Source: the human T2T-CHM13v2.0 reference genome, Homo sapiens. Taken from it: 64,000 nt of DNA. The translations under genes were made by a program, and so were the position numbers. Below the pieces are notes generated by a model. That model searched no databases. It saw only the letters and a list, made by a program, of their open reading frames with translations, and was not told the origin of the DNA. The stretch is from NCBI RefSeq assembly GCF_009914755.1, contig NC_060926.1, one strand, 5' to 3'. This document shows, piece after piece, positions 1 to 17,168 of this stretch; position 1 is the stretch's first letter, and every line of letters begins with the position of its first letter.

Positions 1-614
1 AAGACCAGAATGAATTAAAAATGGCAATGTAATGTTCACTTGATCTGTGTTAACTATTTTTAGATATGTGTATTACAATCTATTGATCACATCTTCAATA
101 ATACTCCAACAAAATAAGCAAAAAACAAAAAGTGTTAAACAGTTCAAAATTACATTCATCTCAGTTATATGAAGTTGTATGTGTAAATACCTTGTACAAT
201 TTGCACTCTCAGTAATAAGATTGATTTATATTATAAATACTATCAAAAGAAACTAGACCTAAAGTTTCCATTGTGAATATGGTTATCTAATATAAACATT
301 TAAAAATTAAATGGCTCAATTAGTAGATAAAGAAACACTAAACTTTTCATTCTATTTCCTACCAATCATTTCACAGTCATAACTTAGAGACACTAAAGTT
401 TGCTCTTAATAAGTATCTGCATATGTATTTCCTTGGAAGAATCATGCTGATTCTGCAGAAGATCTTCATACAATTTATCCAGTAATATTCAAGCATTAAT
501 ACAGATAATGGCAAATTATTAGCAGGAACATTGGCAATAACAGGTGTGCAAAAGAATGCATGAGTATTAAGTACACCAAGCTGTCCACATTTTCAGGTGA
601 GAAATTGGAGCAAT
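1..614 (-). other. MATN3: MATN3 3' UTR (probably continues beyond the window edge)
   Basis: AT-rich sequence after the stop; I found no minus-strand AATAAA in this stretch. Confidence 0.75.
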
Positions 615-670
615 TTAACGATGTATTTGTCCATATTCATTTATTTTCAACTTCTCCAAAATGTCATCAA
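615..670 (-). CDS. MATN3: Matrilin-3 exon 8 coding part (end of coiled coil and stop)
   Basis: Follows an AC acceptor; LDDILEKLKINEYGQIHR-TAA; exon lengths sum to 1461 nt = 486 aa + stop. Confidence 0.96.
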
Positions 671-1941
<1,271 letters not shown>

Positions 1942-2310
1942 CTATCTAGGAATAGCTATATAGGAATCATAACAAATCAGGAAATCCACAGTTGAATATT
2001 TCCACCGTTAAGACTTACCTAAGTGCATTTTCCAAGAGGTAAAGGGATAGATGAACAAACAAAAAGACGAGAAAATACTTATCACAGAAAAATTCATCTT
2101 AGGATACATTGGGGAAAATGTTTATAATTGTCAAAGCTGAGTGATGCTTAAGTGAGGGTTCCTTATTTTATTCTCTGTACTTTTGTGATTGCCAGAAATT
2201 ATTCATGATATAAAGTAAATTTAGAAAAACATGGTTGGTATAGGGGGAGGCCAGGGATATAGAAATAAGACAATGTTTATGTAATACTGTGTAATTAAGA
2301 AAGGAAAATG

Positions 2311-2619
<309 letters not shown>

Positions 2620-2673
2620 CTAGGACAATAGTCCTCTATTTGTATGGCTAAAATATACCAAAGATGAAAACTA

Positions 2674-3019
<346 letters not shown>

Positions 3020-3739
3020 TTATTCTATTTAATGGTTTGAAGTAAGAGTCCTAGTTCTTACCAATAAATACTTTGGAACTGAAAATTCACGTTTGTATTG
3101 ACATTTAACCAAATATGAGAGGTGATAAAAGTAACTCCTATTTCTTTATGGAATTCAGTCAGGCAGCTATTCCTATTCAGTATCAGGGCTCCTCCTAAAG
3201 TTGTGAATAGAAATAAGAGTAACTTCCCAGGTCTGAAGACTGGTGTATCATCTTCCAATGGAGTAATTCTATTGCCTGAGGACAGGAAATGGTCCTTTGC
3301 TGCAACATTTTTACTCTTAACATTTTACAAAGATCCAATATAGGGATGGGAGATCATAAATTCATTAAATATAATCTATCATCTATCCACCTGTCTGAAT
3401 CCTATTGAACCTTTTAGGGACAGCCAGTCCAAATCCCATCTTAGTTAATCAGTCAATAAACCAGGAAGTATCTATTGAAGATCAACTACATGTCCATTAT
3501 CCCTGTACCCATAAGATGGGTATATATAATACTTGTTCAGTGTCTGTCGTGCCTGATAGTCTCTAAGCTCTAGCAGGGCATGGGTTCAGTGGGATAGTCT
3601 TAATTACAACACTTCATAGAAAATTGTAAACCTGGATTGTAGAAAAATTGAAAGTTGAGAAATGGATCTCAAACTCCATTTCTCAAACCTGGGTTGTAGC
3701 AAAATTGAAAGTTGAGAAATGGAGAAATGGTGCTTATAA

Positions 3740-4392
3740 TAGCACCAGAAGGAATAAAATAGTTAGGAATAAATATTTTTAAAAGTACAAGACTTGTACA
3801 CTGAAAACTACAAAACAATTTTGAAAGAAATTAAAGAAGACCTAAAATAAAATAAAATTAAATTAAATTAAAGACATACCATGTTAATGCAATGAAAGAC
3901 TGTTAAAATGGCAGTACTCTCCAGGAAAAGATGCCTCACCTCATTAGTAACCAGGAAATGAAAAAAACATCCACTGGATTGGCAAAAATTTAATTCAACA
4001 AAACCAAATGTTGGCAAGCAAATTCTGACAAGCAAAAGCATTGAGGGGAGGGTGGGAATGAGTGAGTGCAGGGCATGCTCCTGGACCATCAAAGAGCCCA
4101 CTGTGGCTGGACCAGGATGCAGGAAGAAGCAGTGAATCTGGGGGCAAATGTAGTAGAAAAGTTTTAAAAGCCAGGATGAGAGAAGTAGTTACCATGGGCT
4201 GAGGGGAGCGGGTGATGGGCAGTTATTGTTTCATCGGCACAGACTTTTATTTTGGGATGATAAAAAATTTCTGGAGATGGATACTGGTGGTGGTTGCCCA
4301 ACAATGTAAATGTACTTAATGCCACTGAACTATACACTTGAAAATAATTGAAATGGTAAATTGTATGTGTATTTTACCACAATAAAAAAAAT
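3740..4392 (+). mobile_element. Old L1M (L1MB/ME-like) fragments including a 3' end
   Basis: Resembles L1 ORF2 and L1MB 3' UTR (gtacttaatgccactgaactatacactt...aataaaaaa). Confidence 0.65.
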
Positions 4393-4637
4393 TCAGACTT
4401 AGGCAGAAAGTTTAGTTATTAAGAAAAATGTGAAAAACAGAGAAGACAGAAACAGATCATGGAGGGTAGGCTGCCTGGTATAGGGGTATCATTGTTTTAT
4501 TCTGTAGACCAGTGGGAGCCACTGGAGAATTCTGACAGGGAGAAAGAATCACAACTGTGTCTTAGACAGAAAGAAAAAAGCTTGCTCCTGAAAAATTTTC
4601 CTACCAAAGGAAATAGCCTTAAAGGGCTGATCCTCAC

Positions 4638-4763
4638 CTGAACATGTTTTCTTGTCCTCATTTAAGGTGTAGCCAGGATAGCAATCACAGTGGTAGGATG
4701 CGGCCCCATCACTCACACAAATGTGCTGGCAACCATGAGAGCCTAGGGCACACTTGTCACGGA
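4638..4763 (-). CDS. MATN3: Matrilin-3 exon 6 (EGF-like 4; 126 nt)
   Basis: gcggtcag acceptor, GTGAGG donor; [41 protein letters not shown]. Confidence 0.96.
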
Positions 4764-5977
4764 CTGACCGCACGTGGTGCAGGAAAGAAAATATTCACAC
4801 ATTAAATAGAAAAGTAAACACAAATGTTTGAGAGGAGAAGCTTCCATTTGGTCCCCACAAGTGCTGAGAATGTAGTAGTCAGTAGTCAGCAACAGGCCCC
4901 ATGCTGCAGGAGCAAGCCTGTTTTCTCTTCCCATACCTCTCATCCCTTTGGCCTCACATCACACACACTCCTTTCCTTTATATCTCTCACAGATATCTAA
5001 GGGTACCTTTCCTTTTTTTCTACCCACAGCACTGGGCAGCACTGAGTCTTGACTATATTCCAGAACTTACCTCCAGCCTTTCCCGATGACTATCAATGCT
5101 TCTAGCATCCCCAGCTACTCATGGATCATCATCATCATCACCAAAAGTAATGTTTTAGGGACCTAATCATACATGGAGCTAAGTTTGATGCTGCACAAAA
5201 AGCACTATATTGACCAAGTGCCTGCCTTCATAGCTTACAAAGTGTAACAGAAAAGACTGACCAGGAGACACATGCACACACACACACACACACACAAGCA
5301 CAGATGGGGAAATGATACAGGGTTAGTAATGATGATGTGTATGATTAGAGAGTGAAGTACTTACTATCTATCACAAATAACATTTCAGGGACAAATGCAG
5401 TTTGCCCAAATTTGAGTGGAGAGGAGAGCAAAGTGCCATACTCATCCCATGTTCAGACTGGCCTAGGACAAATAAAACAGTAATTCTCCTTTGAAATCCA
5501 GAAAGCCTTCCTGGAAGACATAGGTTCCTCCTCTGCCATTGCAGGAACCAAAATAGTTTATTTCCCTCTAATTTTCCTCTTAAATGTCATTTCATGGGCA
5601 GAACCTTTTGTGGCTCACTAATGCCTATAGAATAGCTTCTTGTGAAATGTGAGACGCTATATAATCTATACATAAAGTGCCTTTCCAACCTTAATATGGC
5701 TATTCCCTTTCAGTGCTACAATTTAGATTTTTTTTTCAGCAAAATGCCTTATAGCAGGGTGTTTCATTTTTTTCCCCCTCATTCCAGGTTAGTACCCACT
5801 CTACAGGTGGCAAATGGACATGCTTCCAGCCCCTGGCCCTTATTTGGGGCTCCACATTTAATTTACAAGCCTTCCTACCACTAGCAACGGAAAAGCAGAC
5901 CATTAGAAGGGATCTGATCCATGGTATGTTCCCCAGCTTTATAGCAGTATTCACTATTACTTTAAAATATATAAATA

Positions 5978-6282
5978 GGCCAGGCACAGTGGCTCACACC
6001 TGTAATCCCAGCACTTTGGGAAGCCAAGGCAGGTGTATTGCTTGAGCTTAGGAGTTCAAGACAAGCTTGGACAAAATGTCAAAACCCCATCTCTACAAAA
6101 AAATACAAAAATTAGCCAGGTGTGGTGGCATGTGCCTGTAGTCCTAGCTACTCAGGAGGCTGAGATGGGAGAATCACTTGAGCCCGGGAGGTAGAGGCTG
6201 TATGAGCCAAGATCACACCACCGCACTCCAGCCTGGGTGACAGAATGAGACCCTGTCTCAAAAAAGAGAAGAAAAAAAAAAA
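5978..6282 (+). mobile_element. Alu (AluJ-like)
   Basis: Full dimer; A-rich tail flanked by ATATATA-like TSD. Confidence 0.9.
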
Positions 6283-6359
6283 TATATATATATAACTAAC
6301 TTTCCCACTAGTATTCTTTCTCTTCTGTCCCTCTTCACTGTCCTGTGCTTTGTACATTA

Positions 6360-6560
6360 AGACAGTAAGGCTTAGTGGTTAAGAGCCTATGTAACCACTA
6401 GAGGAAGTACCTGGGTTCAAACCCTGGGTCTGCTACTTGCTAGCAGAGTAACCATGGGCAAGTTACTGAATCAGTTTCCTCCTAACGTTGCTGTGAGTAT
6501 TAAGGTACATTACTGTATCTAAAATGCCTAGAATCCTGCATGGCCTACAGTAGGTATTGA
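6360..6560 (+). mobile_element. MIR fragment
   Basis: gtggttaagagc...ctgggttcaaaccctgg...gggcaagttact core. Confidence 0.6.
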
Positions 6561-7900
6561 AGAATATGGAATACTGGCATCTGGGAGTGTTGTCTGCCTT
6601 AACTGAAAATTTTCTTTGATTTATGTTTTTTTTTAAAATAGATTGCTTCACTTTATTCCATACTATCTGTTAGTTTAAATGGAAATTTGTTTTTGGTTTG
6701 TTTTCCCAGGTCTTCAATGTTCCTGGCAGCTTAAAGTACCAACTGGGACACTTGTCACTAGTTTGAGAAGTGCAGCCATAGGTGAGTTCTCTCCACCCCA
6801 ACTTTCTTAGTCATCCTGCCCTGAACAAATCAGCTCAAGCCAGTCCCCCGCCAGTGCCACTTTCCACTTGTCTCCATTGAAACCTTCACCCTCCTTCAAG
6901 GCCCACCACCAGCCCTTCGCAGATGCCCACCTCCCCAGCCTCTACAGCCCTTTGTTTCCATCAGTCCCTCTCCCTGGCTCAGTCTCTGCTTTCATAAGGA
7001 GCCGGCTCTCTGTTCACCCAGATTTAACTTGCTCAGAGGCAGAAACTTAGGCTTCTTTGTATGCTCCCAATGCTTAGTTCCATACTGGGAACAAAGTAGG
7101 TGTCCGGTATTTTTTTACTGGTTTCCCTTTAAAAAAAAAAAAAAAAAAAAAAAAGAGGGGACTGGGTGACATGCCATTTCCCTTTGTCTATCTTGATGAA
7201 GTCTGTATGTCCTCAAGGGAGAGGAAAATATATGTCAAATCTAAAACACATTCAATATGCCAAAGCTAAACGGCACCTTGAGAGCTTGGAATTTCTCTCA
7301 GGAGTGTTTTTACATTTATAAATGCCACCCTGTCCTGCCAGTAAGTTTAAATCAAATTAATGAGGATTAACAGCACTGGCCTGGGCTCATTGGCCAACGT
7401 ATAAGGCTGAGTTTCACCAATGATTGATCGTCTAGAAACTGCCAGGGAGTGACTGGCCTCAAACTTACTGGAAGATCTGTGTGGGTCTAATTCAGGCATT
7501 CACAAAGTCTTCTTTACTAAAATCATCCAGCTTTAAGATTAACACTACAGAAAAGTTCCAGGCCAAGTTTTAACTGGAAAAAGATCAGTTCATCCTATCA
7601 CACCAAATAGTTACTGTCCAACTGACTTCCACTAAAGTTTTCTCTTTGCTTAAAAGTCTTCAGTGTACAGAGCTATAAAATTTTCCTGGATAAGGACCCT
7701 ACATTTAGTTAGTTTTTCTCATATCCCCCACTCCCTACCTATTTCCCAGTAATTTTCTGAAGTAATCTATGTTTGCTCCAGTGAGCTCACCACCCTCTGA
7801 GCAATGTGTGCCTTCATCTAAAAGTGTGATAGAATGTCTGAACCTTGATCTTAAGTTACCTTTAAAAACCTCTTTGCTGGTGAGTTGCAAGTTGGTTTCA

Positions 7901-8119
<219 letters not shown>

Positions 8120-8589
8120 TTATTACCCAGGATAGAAACCTTATTTGCAGCTGGAAACATATGAGGAAAACTTACTGGAAACTATTCAAAGCCATTGGCA
8201 CTGTTTTTTTCTAACTAGAAGTTAACTGAGTTAAGTGAAATCCTGCACATACAATAATTATTCTCTGACCTTCCACAATTGCTTTTGGAAATCATCAGTA
8301 TTGAGTTTTTATAACCTAAGTATCTCATAAATACTTTCTAGCATTCCTTTTAGGCTTATTGTACTTATCCCAACTCAGCGGGATACCAACAGTTGTGTGG
8401 CTAATTACATTAGATTCAGAAAAACATAGAATTAGAGTTTGAAGAAATTGTAGTTCAACCCTCTCCTATTTTTTAAATGAGGGAAAGGAGCGCGAGGGAG
8501 ACCATTTGATTCAGAGCAGCATAAAAACTCAAGACACACATTTTCATTCAATGCACTTTCCTCTCTACTGATATATTTTTAAACTATTT

Positions 8590-9180
8590 TTTACTTTTAA
8601 ACTTTTCATCTGAGATAATTTCAGATTTATGAAAAGGTTGCAAAAACAGTGCAAAAAATTCCTGTACTTCACCCTGTTTCCCCAAACAGTAATTTACATA
8701 ACCATAGTATGATTATCAAACCAGAAATTAACATTGATATAATATGATTTACTAATCTACAGACTTTATTCAAATGTTGCCATTAATGTCCTTTTTCTGG
8801 TCCAGGATCCAATCCAGGATTCCACATTGCATTCAGTTTCACATCTCCGTCCTCTCCAACCTGGGACACTTCCTAAGTCTTTCTTTGTCTTTTATGACTT
8901 TCACGTTTCTGAGAAGTACTGGAAAACTATTTTGTGAACTGAGAGTGTCTCTCAGGTTTTTCTAATCTTTCCTCATAATCCTGAATTTTTAGCAAGAATA
9001 CTACAGGTGTGCTGTTGTGTCCACAGTATTGAGCACAGCATGTCAGGTCATACATGATGTCACTATGTGTCATCACTGATGATGTTAACTTTGATCACTT
9101 AGTTAAGGTGATGTCTGCCAGTTTCTCCACTATAAAGTTACTGTCTTTCCCTTTGTAAGCAACAGGTAACTTGTGGGTTG
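8590..9180 (-). mobile_element. Old L1MC-like 3' end
   Basis: Resembles antisense L1MC 3' UTR (gataatttcagattta...ttgcaaaaacagt). Confidence 0.6.
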
Positions 9181-9453
9181 TTATGTGATTTCAACCTACT
9201 GAATTGTCTGTAGCATTTGGGAAGGATTGTTCAGGCTGGCTACAGAGAAGGAAATGAGCAACATATTTATGTATTTGGGCCGAGATACATACATGTTACC
9301 ATTTCTAACATTTTGGATAAGACTTAAAAATGGGAAAAGCTCAAGGTGGCAAGAGAGGAAAACACACCAACTTCCCAGTCAATGTGACCTGCCCTTCCAT
9401 CACCGGGTAGGTAGGCAGAGAGCTAAGTAGCAATAGTAAAGACTCCTCCCTCA

Positions 9454-9699
<246 letters not shown>

Positions 9700-10076
9700 C
9701 TAATGAAACAAGGGAGGGGCAGCTGGGAGTTGGGAACCAACCCTCCGGTCTTGGCTCTTTCACTAAGAGACCCTGTGACATAGGTAAGTTTTTTCCCTTC
9801 TGTCCATCTCAATTTCATTATCTATAAAATTAAGTTATCTCTAAGCTTTCTTCCTCCCAAAAACTTTTTTCTAGGATTAAAAACAAAACAAAAAAATATA
9901 TAATTCCCATTCCTCATTGACTCCATGTATGTATCTATGTACCAGACCAGTGAGTACCCCTCTAACTTCTTTGCTACTTCTAGATTCCATGAGCATCTAT
10001 GACTAGAGAGGAAGAGGGTAGCTTGCATGTAATGAAATAAAATCCAGGAAAATTTTCAAATCCTCAAAAGGGCTAA

Positions 10077-10407
<331 letters not shown>

Positions 10408-10638
10408 GACCTCTTTCTTAGTAGCCTTTTCTCCTACGATTTTATTTAAAACTTACAAAGTATGGAAATAAGCTGATTTATCTATCATTTCACTTTTCTC
10501 CCTAAGCTCCTTTTCAGGGAAAACTGCTGATGAACACCAGTAAACCAGCCAAAAGGCAGTTAGGTAAAAAGGGGTCAGAGAGTCAAAGCACAAGGCCAGT
10601 CCAAAACCTGGAGCATAGGTTCCCAAGTATTTGATTCA

Positions 10639-10857
<219 letters not shown>

Positions 10858-13247
10858 TCAATAGACATTGCTCTCTGGGCTCCTTTCCGAGTCCATCTTT
10901 ACTTCACTATAAAAAAATGGTTATTTGTTTTCTGCCTCTGGCTTATTAGCAATGCTACTCTTAAACTAGAAATTGTTGCTAATTTAAAAGTACACATCTT
11001 GCTATATAGACTTTCTCAAGGGAGAAAGGGAATTTGGAGTTTGGAGCTGAAGCCAAACACTTACATAGGCCAGGCAATTGGATGTTTTATTTGGCTTATC
11101 CGCCTCCCCATGAAAAAAAGATTTGTGCTTCCCCACCACAAGAAATGGGAGAACAATAAATGCACAGCCTGAAGTGACGTGAGCTAGTTGTCCCATTGTA
11201 GCCAGAATCTGATTTCCAAGGTTCTATAGCCTATGTCTAAACAGAATTCTCACACAAGTCTGGGTCTAAGCCTAGAACGAACTCACAGGTGGGCAGTGGT
11301 ACATATTTGAACATGCAAATGGTAGAGGACAGTTCGGGTAACTGTCTTCTGAATATGTAAGGTGGGTGAAGTCATCCATACGCTAAATCCATAGTGAACT
11401 CATATGCTAATACAAACAGGTAAAAAGAAAAGAACAAAATAAATGAGATTACATTAGCTAAACTACATCTCCATCTTATTGCTCCTGGAGCCATTTATAT
11501 CTCATTGGATATTTTTTTCCTAGTGACCTCTTTTGAAAGATGAATCAATGAATTAAGTCATTTCTGAGAAACCAAGGAGGCCTGTTGAAGGAGGCTGGCC
11601 CTCCTGTGGCAGGTAACCCAACCTCCACTGCCCTTGGCAACAGGACAAGGCTAATATTTTCCCAAGAAGGGCCTTTTCATGGAATGATCTTTCCAACCCG
11701 TTGACTACAACAAGCTGCCGCTCAGTCTTTTTTCCATAGAGAGGACGTTTTTCCCCCAGAACAAGCAGGTCTTTTGTACCAGAAGGAAAAGATTGCCACT
11801 CACCACTTGTTACTTTATAGCCTTCGAAGCCCAACCCCAGGTGCTAGCTTTGAAACCCAACTTTGCCACAGACCAGCATGTTGATGGAGAGGCTCTCACC
11901 CACAAGCATGGAGTGGGAGGGTGATTTCCTGGGAGAAAGAAAGCCACTTTCTTTTTGGAAGCCAACGAATGCCAAGTAGATGCCACCAAAGCCAGTGATG
12001 GCTTGTGAAAGCCCAGTGTCCTGGGACAGGAAAGACAAGGGGATCCCAGCCAAGTCTGACTGCAATGAGGCCAAACGTTGCCCCAGAGCAAGACTTCATC
12101 TCCCTTTTCCTGACAAACCATTGATGGCTGCGTTTCACATTAACCTAGATTAAAAGTCTCCTTGAAATGTATAATTGTAATTAATTATTGGTTCATTTGT
12201 TTGTCTCACCCCCACCCCCAGAATGTTACTTAATGGTATGGAGGGATTACCTTTATCTTTGTATCATCAGAGATCAATAAATGCATGCTGAATAAATAAG
12301 TGTGAAATAAATTATATTGCAAAAAGATATCTATGTTTAAAAATTCACCTGAACTAGAAATTTGTCCACAACTGCTTGGATATTCACATAGAGGGAACAA
12401 AAGATTATCTCCAGATGATAAAAAAATAAAGCATGAGTCCCACAGATCATAATTCTGATCAGTGACTAAAATTAAACTCCAGCATTGAATGGATCTGTAG
12501 TCCTAGATTTGGTCAATTCATGCTAAAAATTCCAATAAAATTAGCATGTCCTTATTCAAATTCCATCCTAAAGGATGGAAGGAGTAGCAGAGTTAACAGA
12601 ATGATTTCTTAAGATCATCTTGCTTTCTTTCAAGTGAGCTGAAACCCTAATCTGCCTGGTCCCTGAATCCTGTTCTTCAACAAAGAGTAATCAGATAAAC
12701 AGCCCAGTCTGAAAACCAGAGCATTCACTAAATGCACACTCGGGCTGACGGTGACATTAGAATAGAGGCCTGCTGACTCTCCCAAGGACAGACGCTTCTC
12801 CCTGTCTTCTGCAGGAGAACAAACAGAGTTCTGTTAGATCTAGAGATGGTAAAACTAAAAAAATATGTATCAGGGGAAAAAAATGTAGTGGTGGGGCAGA
12901 GGGGACAGGAGAGGCATCTTGAGTTTTGTTTTTCCTGACCCTGACAGGGAACAGCAGGGTCATTTATCCTGGATATTTGCAGACCTTCACAGTTCTAACG
13001 CAAACATGAAGATTTTATGAGCAAACCAAGTTCCATATAATGCAGCTCTATATTCCTAAACCAATAGAGTGTGTTTAGGTTGGTCGCACACACGCGCGCA
13101 TGCACACGTGCACACACACACACGCATTGGATATATTTAAGTTTTTCATTAAATTTCCACCAAAAAAGAATAATACTCTTTTCTCTGGGTACACAATGTC
13201 TGAATATAACATCCTTTCTAGTTGGAAGCAAAGACTGACCAACTTAC

Positions 13248-13814
13248 CACAGAAGGTTTCCTGGAATCTAGAGGAAAGTTTCTCAATGACCCCATAGGTC
13301 TCCACGTAGAAAACATGCTCCTCTAGGGGCTCACTGGCCATCATCTTGAGGGACGCCATGTCTGCCCGGTCCACGCCCACAGCATAGAGCTCAATACCAG
13401 ATGCTTGGGCCCGAGCCGCCACCTCATTCACCTGGTCCTGGGGCCTCCCATCTGTAACAATGATGGCCACCTTAGGGATGTTAGAAGAGGGCTCTCGAGC
13501 CCCTGCCTCCACTGTGAAGGCTTCGTCCATTGCTGTCTGGATGGCTAGGCCTGACATGGTGCCTGTTGACAAGGGTGTGATTCGACCCACGGCCTGCTTC
13601 AGGGACTGCTTATCTGTGTAGGCCTGGAGTTGGAACTCGATCTTCACAGTGCTAGCATAGTTCACCACTGCCACCCGCGTGTCGGCTGGCCCAATGTCCA
13701 GAGTGTCGATTATCCGGGAGACAAAAGTTTTCACTTTGGTGAATTCCAGGGGCCGTACGCTACGAGAACTATCAATGATAAACACCAGGTCCAAGGGTCT
13801 GCTCTTGCAAACAC
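13248..13814 (-). CDS. MATN3: Matrilin-3 exon 2 (vWFA domain; 567 nt)
   Basis: ttttgcag acceptor, GTAAGT donor; [18 protein letters not shown] (MIDAS DxSxS)...[11 protein letters not shown]...FQETFC. Confidence 0.98.
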
Positions 13815-14439
13815 CTGCAAAAGACCAAGCAATGATCAGACCACAATTAGAAATGCAGTAATCCTCACTTCCAGAGAACTCTGGGATTCCAGGAGGCCAG
13901 GCAAGGCAGCATCTCCTGACCCCAACATCACCACTGCCTGCGACCTTCCCCAAGACCATCGGGGTGTTGAAAGCACCAAGGACTTCAGAATTCCCTAGTG
14001 AGAATTCACCTGGAGGTGTGAAGTTTCCCCAAATACCTCACCTGCAGGCTGGCTGAATCCTGAAATTTCACTTAGAACCTCATCCCTCTGCTTAAGCTTT
14101 TGCTCCCAAGGGCCCTCATGATTCCTGGGAATTAATAGATTCTACACATTTCTTAAGTACCTTGGCTATCTGGAGCAATTGGACAATGTGTCCCTGAACC
14201 ATGTAAAAGGCCTTGGGCCCTCAGGGACAGCCTCACTGCCAACCACTGTGCCCAAGCCTCAGGCAATGGTAGTCTGAGGCAAGGCACTCAGGGGCTCTTC
14301 TGGTGGCCCCCCTCTTTTACTCCACTTCCAAGGGGCTGAAAACTGCTCCAGAGTATCCCTGAATTCTCCCTCCATCTGGCCATCTTTCCTGTTTAGTGAA
14401 TTTGGGGGCTCACTGGAGCCCTGAACTAATTAAAAGTAG

Positions 14440-15042
<603 letters not shown>

Positions 15043-15469
15043 GTAGAATGAGGGATGCCAACTTAATCTTGTATCTGTTTAGTGAGCTTCCAGCTTCATG
15101 AGCATGTCTCGTAAGAAGCAGGGATTGTGATCTGGTATCTACCCTACTGCCCCAACTAACTCTCTTGGTCATCTCTCTTTTGACTTATTCATTCACCAAA
15201 AACATTTTTTGAGGGCCTACATGTATGAAGCCCTGGAGCTACAAAAGCATATAAACCAGATAGCCAGATTTCCCACCTTCAAAGAATTTATCTCTTTTCT
15301 ACACAAAAGTACCTAACAGTTTAGTATCACAGTACATTTTAGTGTTCATCTATTCTTTCCTGTTCTTTCCTGTTTCCCCCAACCCCTGTTTGCACACCCT
15401 CTCTCCTCGATACAAAAATCAAATCCACAAGTCAGGATGAGACAAGAAAAAAAGCCAATTATTAAACTT

Positions 15470-15767
<298 letters not shown>

Positions 15768-16447
15768 TAAACTTCTTTTTCAAGTCATTCCCCCTTCTCA
15801 CCCAACACACGCATGCAGCCCTAAATGGAAATGAGGTCCTGGGGCATGAAGTGTCACTCAAGGCTCTTTCCTTTCCTAATAAGGAGGCAGAAGTTGATGC
15901 TACTCTAGGAAGGTAATACTTAGTAGGAAAAAAAGGTGATTCAAAATTAATGCCTAGACTAAGCAGTTTATAGAAAAAAATTAAAGCCTTACCTGGAACA
16001 GCCTACCTTATGTCTCTGTCTAGTTTTCTTTTAAAAGCAGAAAATTATCTTCTTGTTTTTAGCCTGCTGCTTGGAGGTATTTAATTAACAAAAAGAAAAT
16101 CTTCCTTTCAGTAACACTTTAGGAATCGCAAGGTACCAACACATCAACCTGTGAGGCTGGAGGTGCAGAGGTGGTTTTTATATTCATTTTACAGGTGAGA
16201 AACCTGAGGTTCAAGGAGGTGTGAGAACTAGAAAGTGGTAGAGCATGGATTGGACTCCAGGTTTCCTGACTCCCAGTCCCTGGGAGCTTGCTACTGAATC
16301 CCAGTTACCTCTCTCTGAGGCAACATTTTCCTCCACAAAAATCAACATTCTCTCATGTATTCAGTAAACATCCTGCTTGTTGACTTTAAGTCACCGCCCT
16401 GAAATATGCTGTATGTCATGCATTTAGTTAAGTCAAAAGGAATTAAA

Positions 16448-16750
16448 CCCAGGCGCAGTGGCTCACGCCTGTAATCCCAACACTTCGAGAGGCTGAGGGA
16501 GAAGGATCACTTGAGCTCCGGAGTTCTAGACCAGCCTGGGCAACATAGGGAGACCTCATCTCTATAAAAAGTTTAAAAATTAGCCAGGCATGGTGGCAGG
16601 CACCTGTAGTCCCAGCTGCTTAGGGGGCTGAGGCAGGAGGATCGCTTAAAGCTAGAGAGTCAAGGCTGCAGTGAGCCACAATCACACCACTGCACTCCAG
16701 CCTGGATGATAGAATGAGACCCAGTCTCTAAAAGCCAAAAAAAAAAAAAA
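16448..16750 (+). mobile_element. Alu (AluJ-like)
   Basis: Full dimer with poly-A. Confidence 0.9.
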
Positions 16751-16797
16751 GGAATCAAAATTCTTTCTTTCTTTAAAAAAAAAAAAAACAACTCCAG

Positions 16798-17168
16798 CAG
16801 CCATAAAAAAGAATGAGTCCATGTCCTTTGCAGGGACATGGATGAAGCTGGAAGCCGTCATTCTCAGCAAACTGACACAGGAACAGAAAACCAGACACCA
16901 CATGTTCTCACTCATAAGTGGGAGTTGAACAATGAGAACTCATGGACATAGGGAGGGGAACATCACACACCAGCGCCTGTCAGGGGGTGGGGGGCAAGAG
17001 GAGGGAGAGCATTAGGACAAATACCTAATCTATGTGGGGCTTAAAACCTAGATGATGGGTTGATGGGTGCAGCAAACCACCAGCGCACATGTATCCCTAT
17101 GTAACAAACCTGCACATTCTGCACATGTATCCCAGAACTTAAAGTAAAATAATAATAATTTTTTAAAA
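16798..17168 (+). mobile_element. 5'-truncated L1PA (PA7/8-like) 3' end
   Basis: cagccataaaaaagaatgag...catgttctcactcataagtgggag...cccagaacttaaagta. Confidence 0.92.

Noticed and set aside
640-645. Minus-strand AATAAA near the MATN3 end
   Set aside because: It lies inside the coding sequence (K-I-N codons), so it is unlikely to be the gene's poly-A signal
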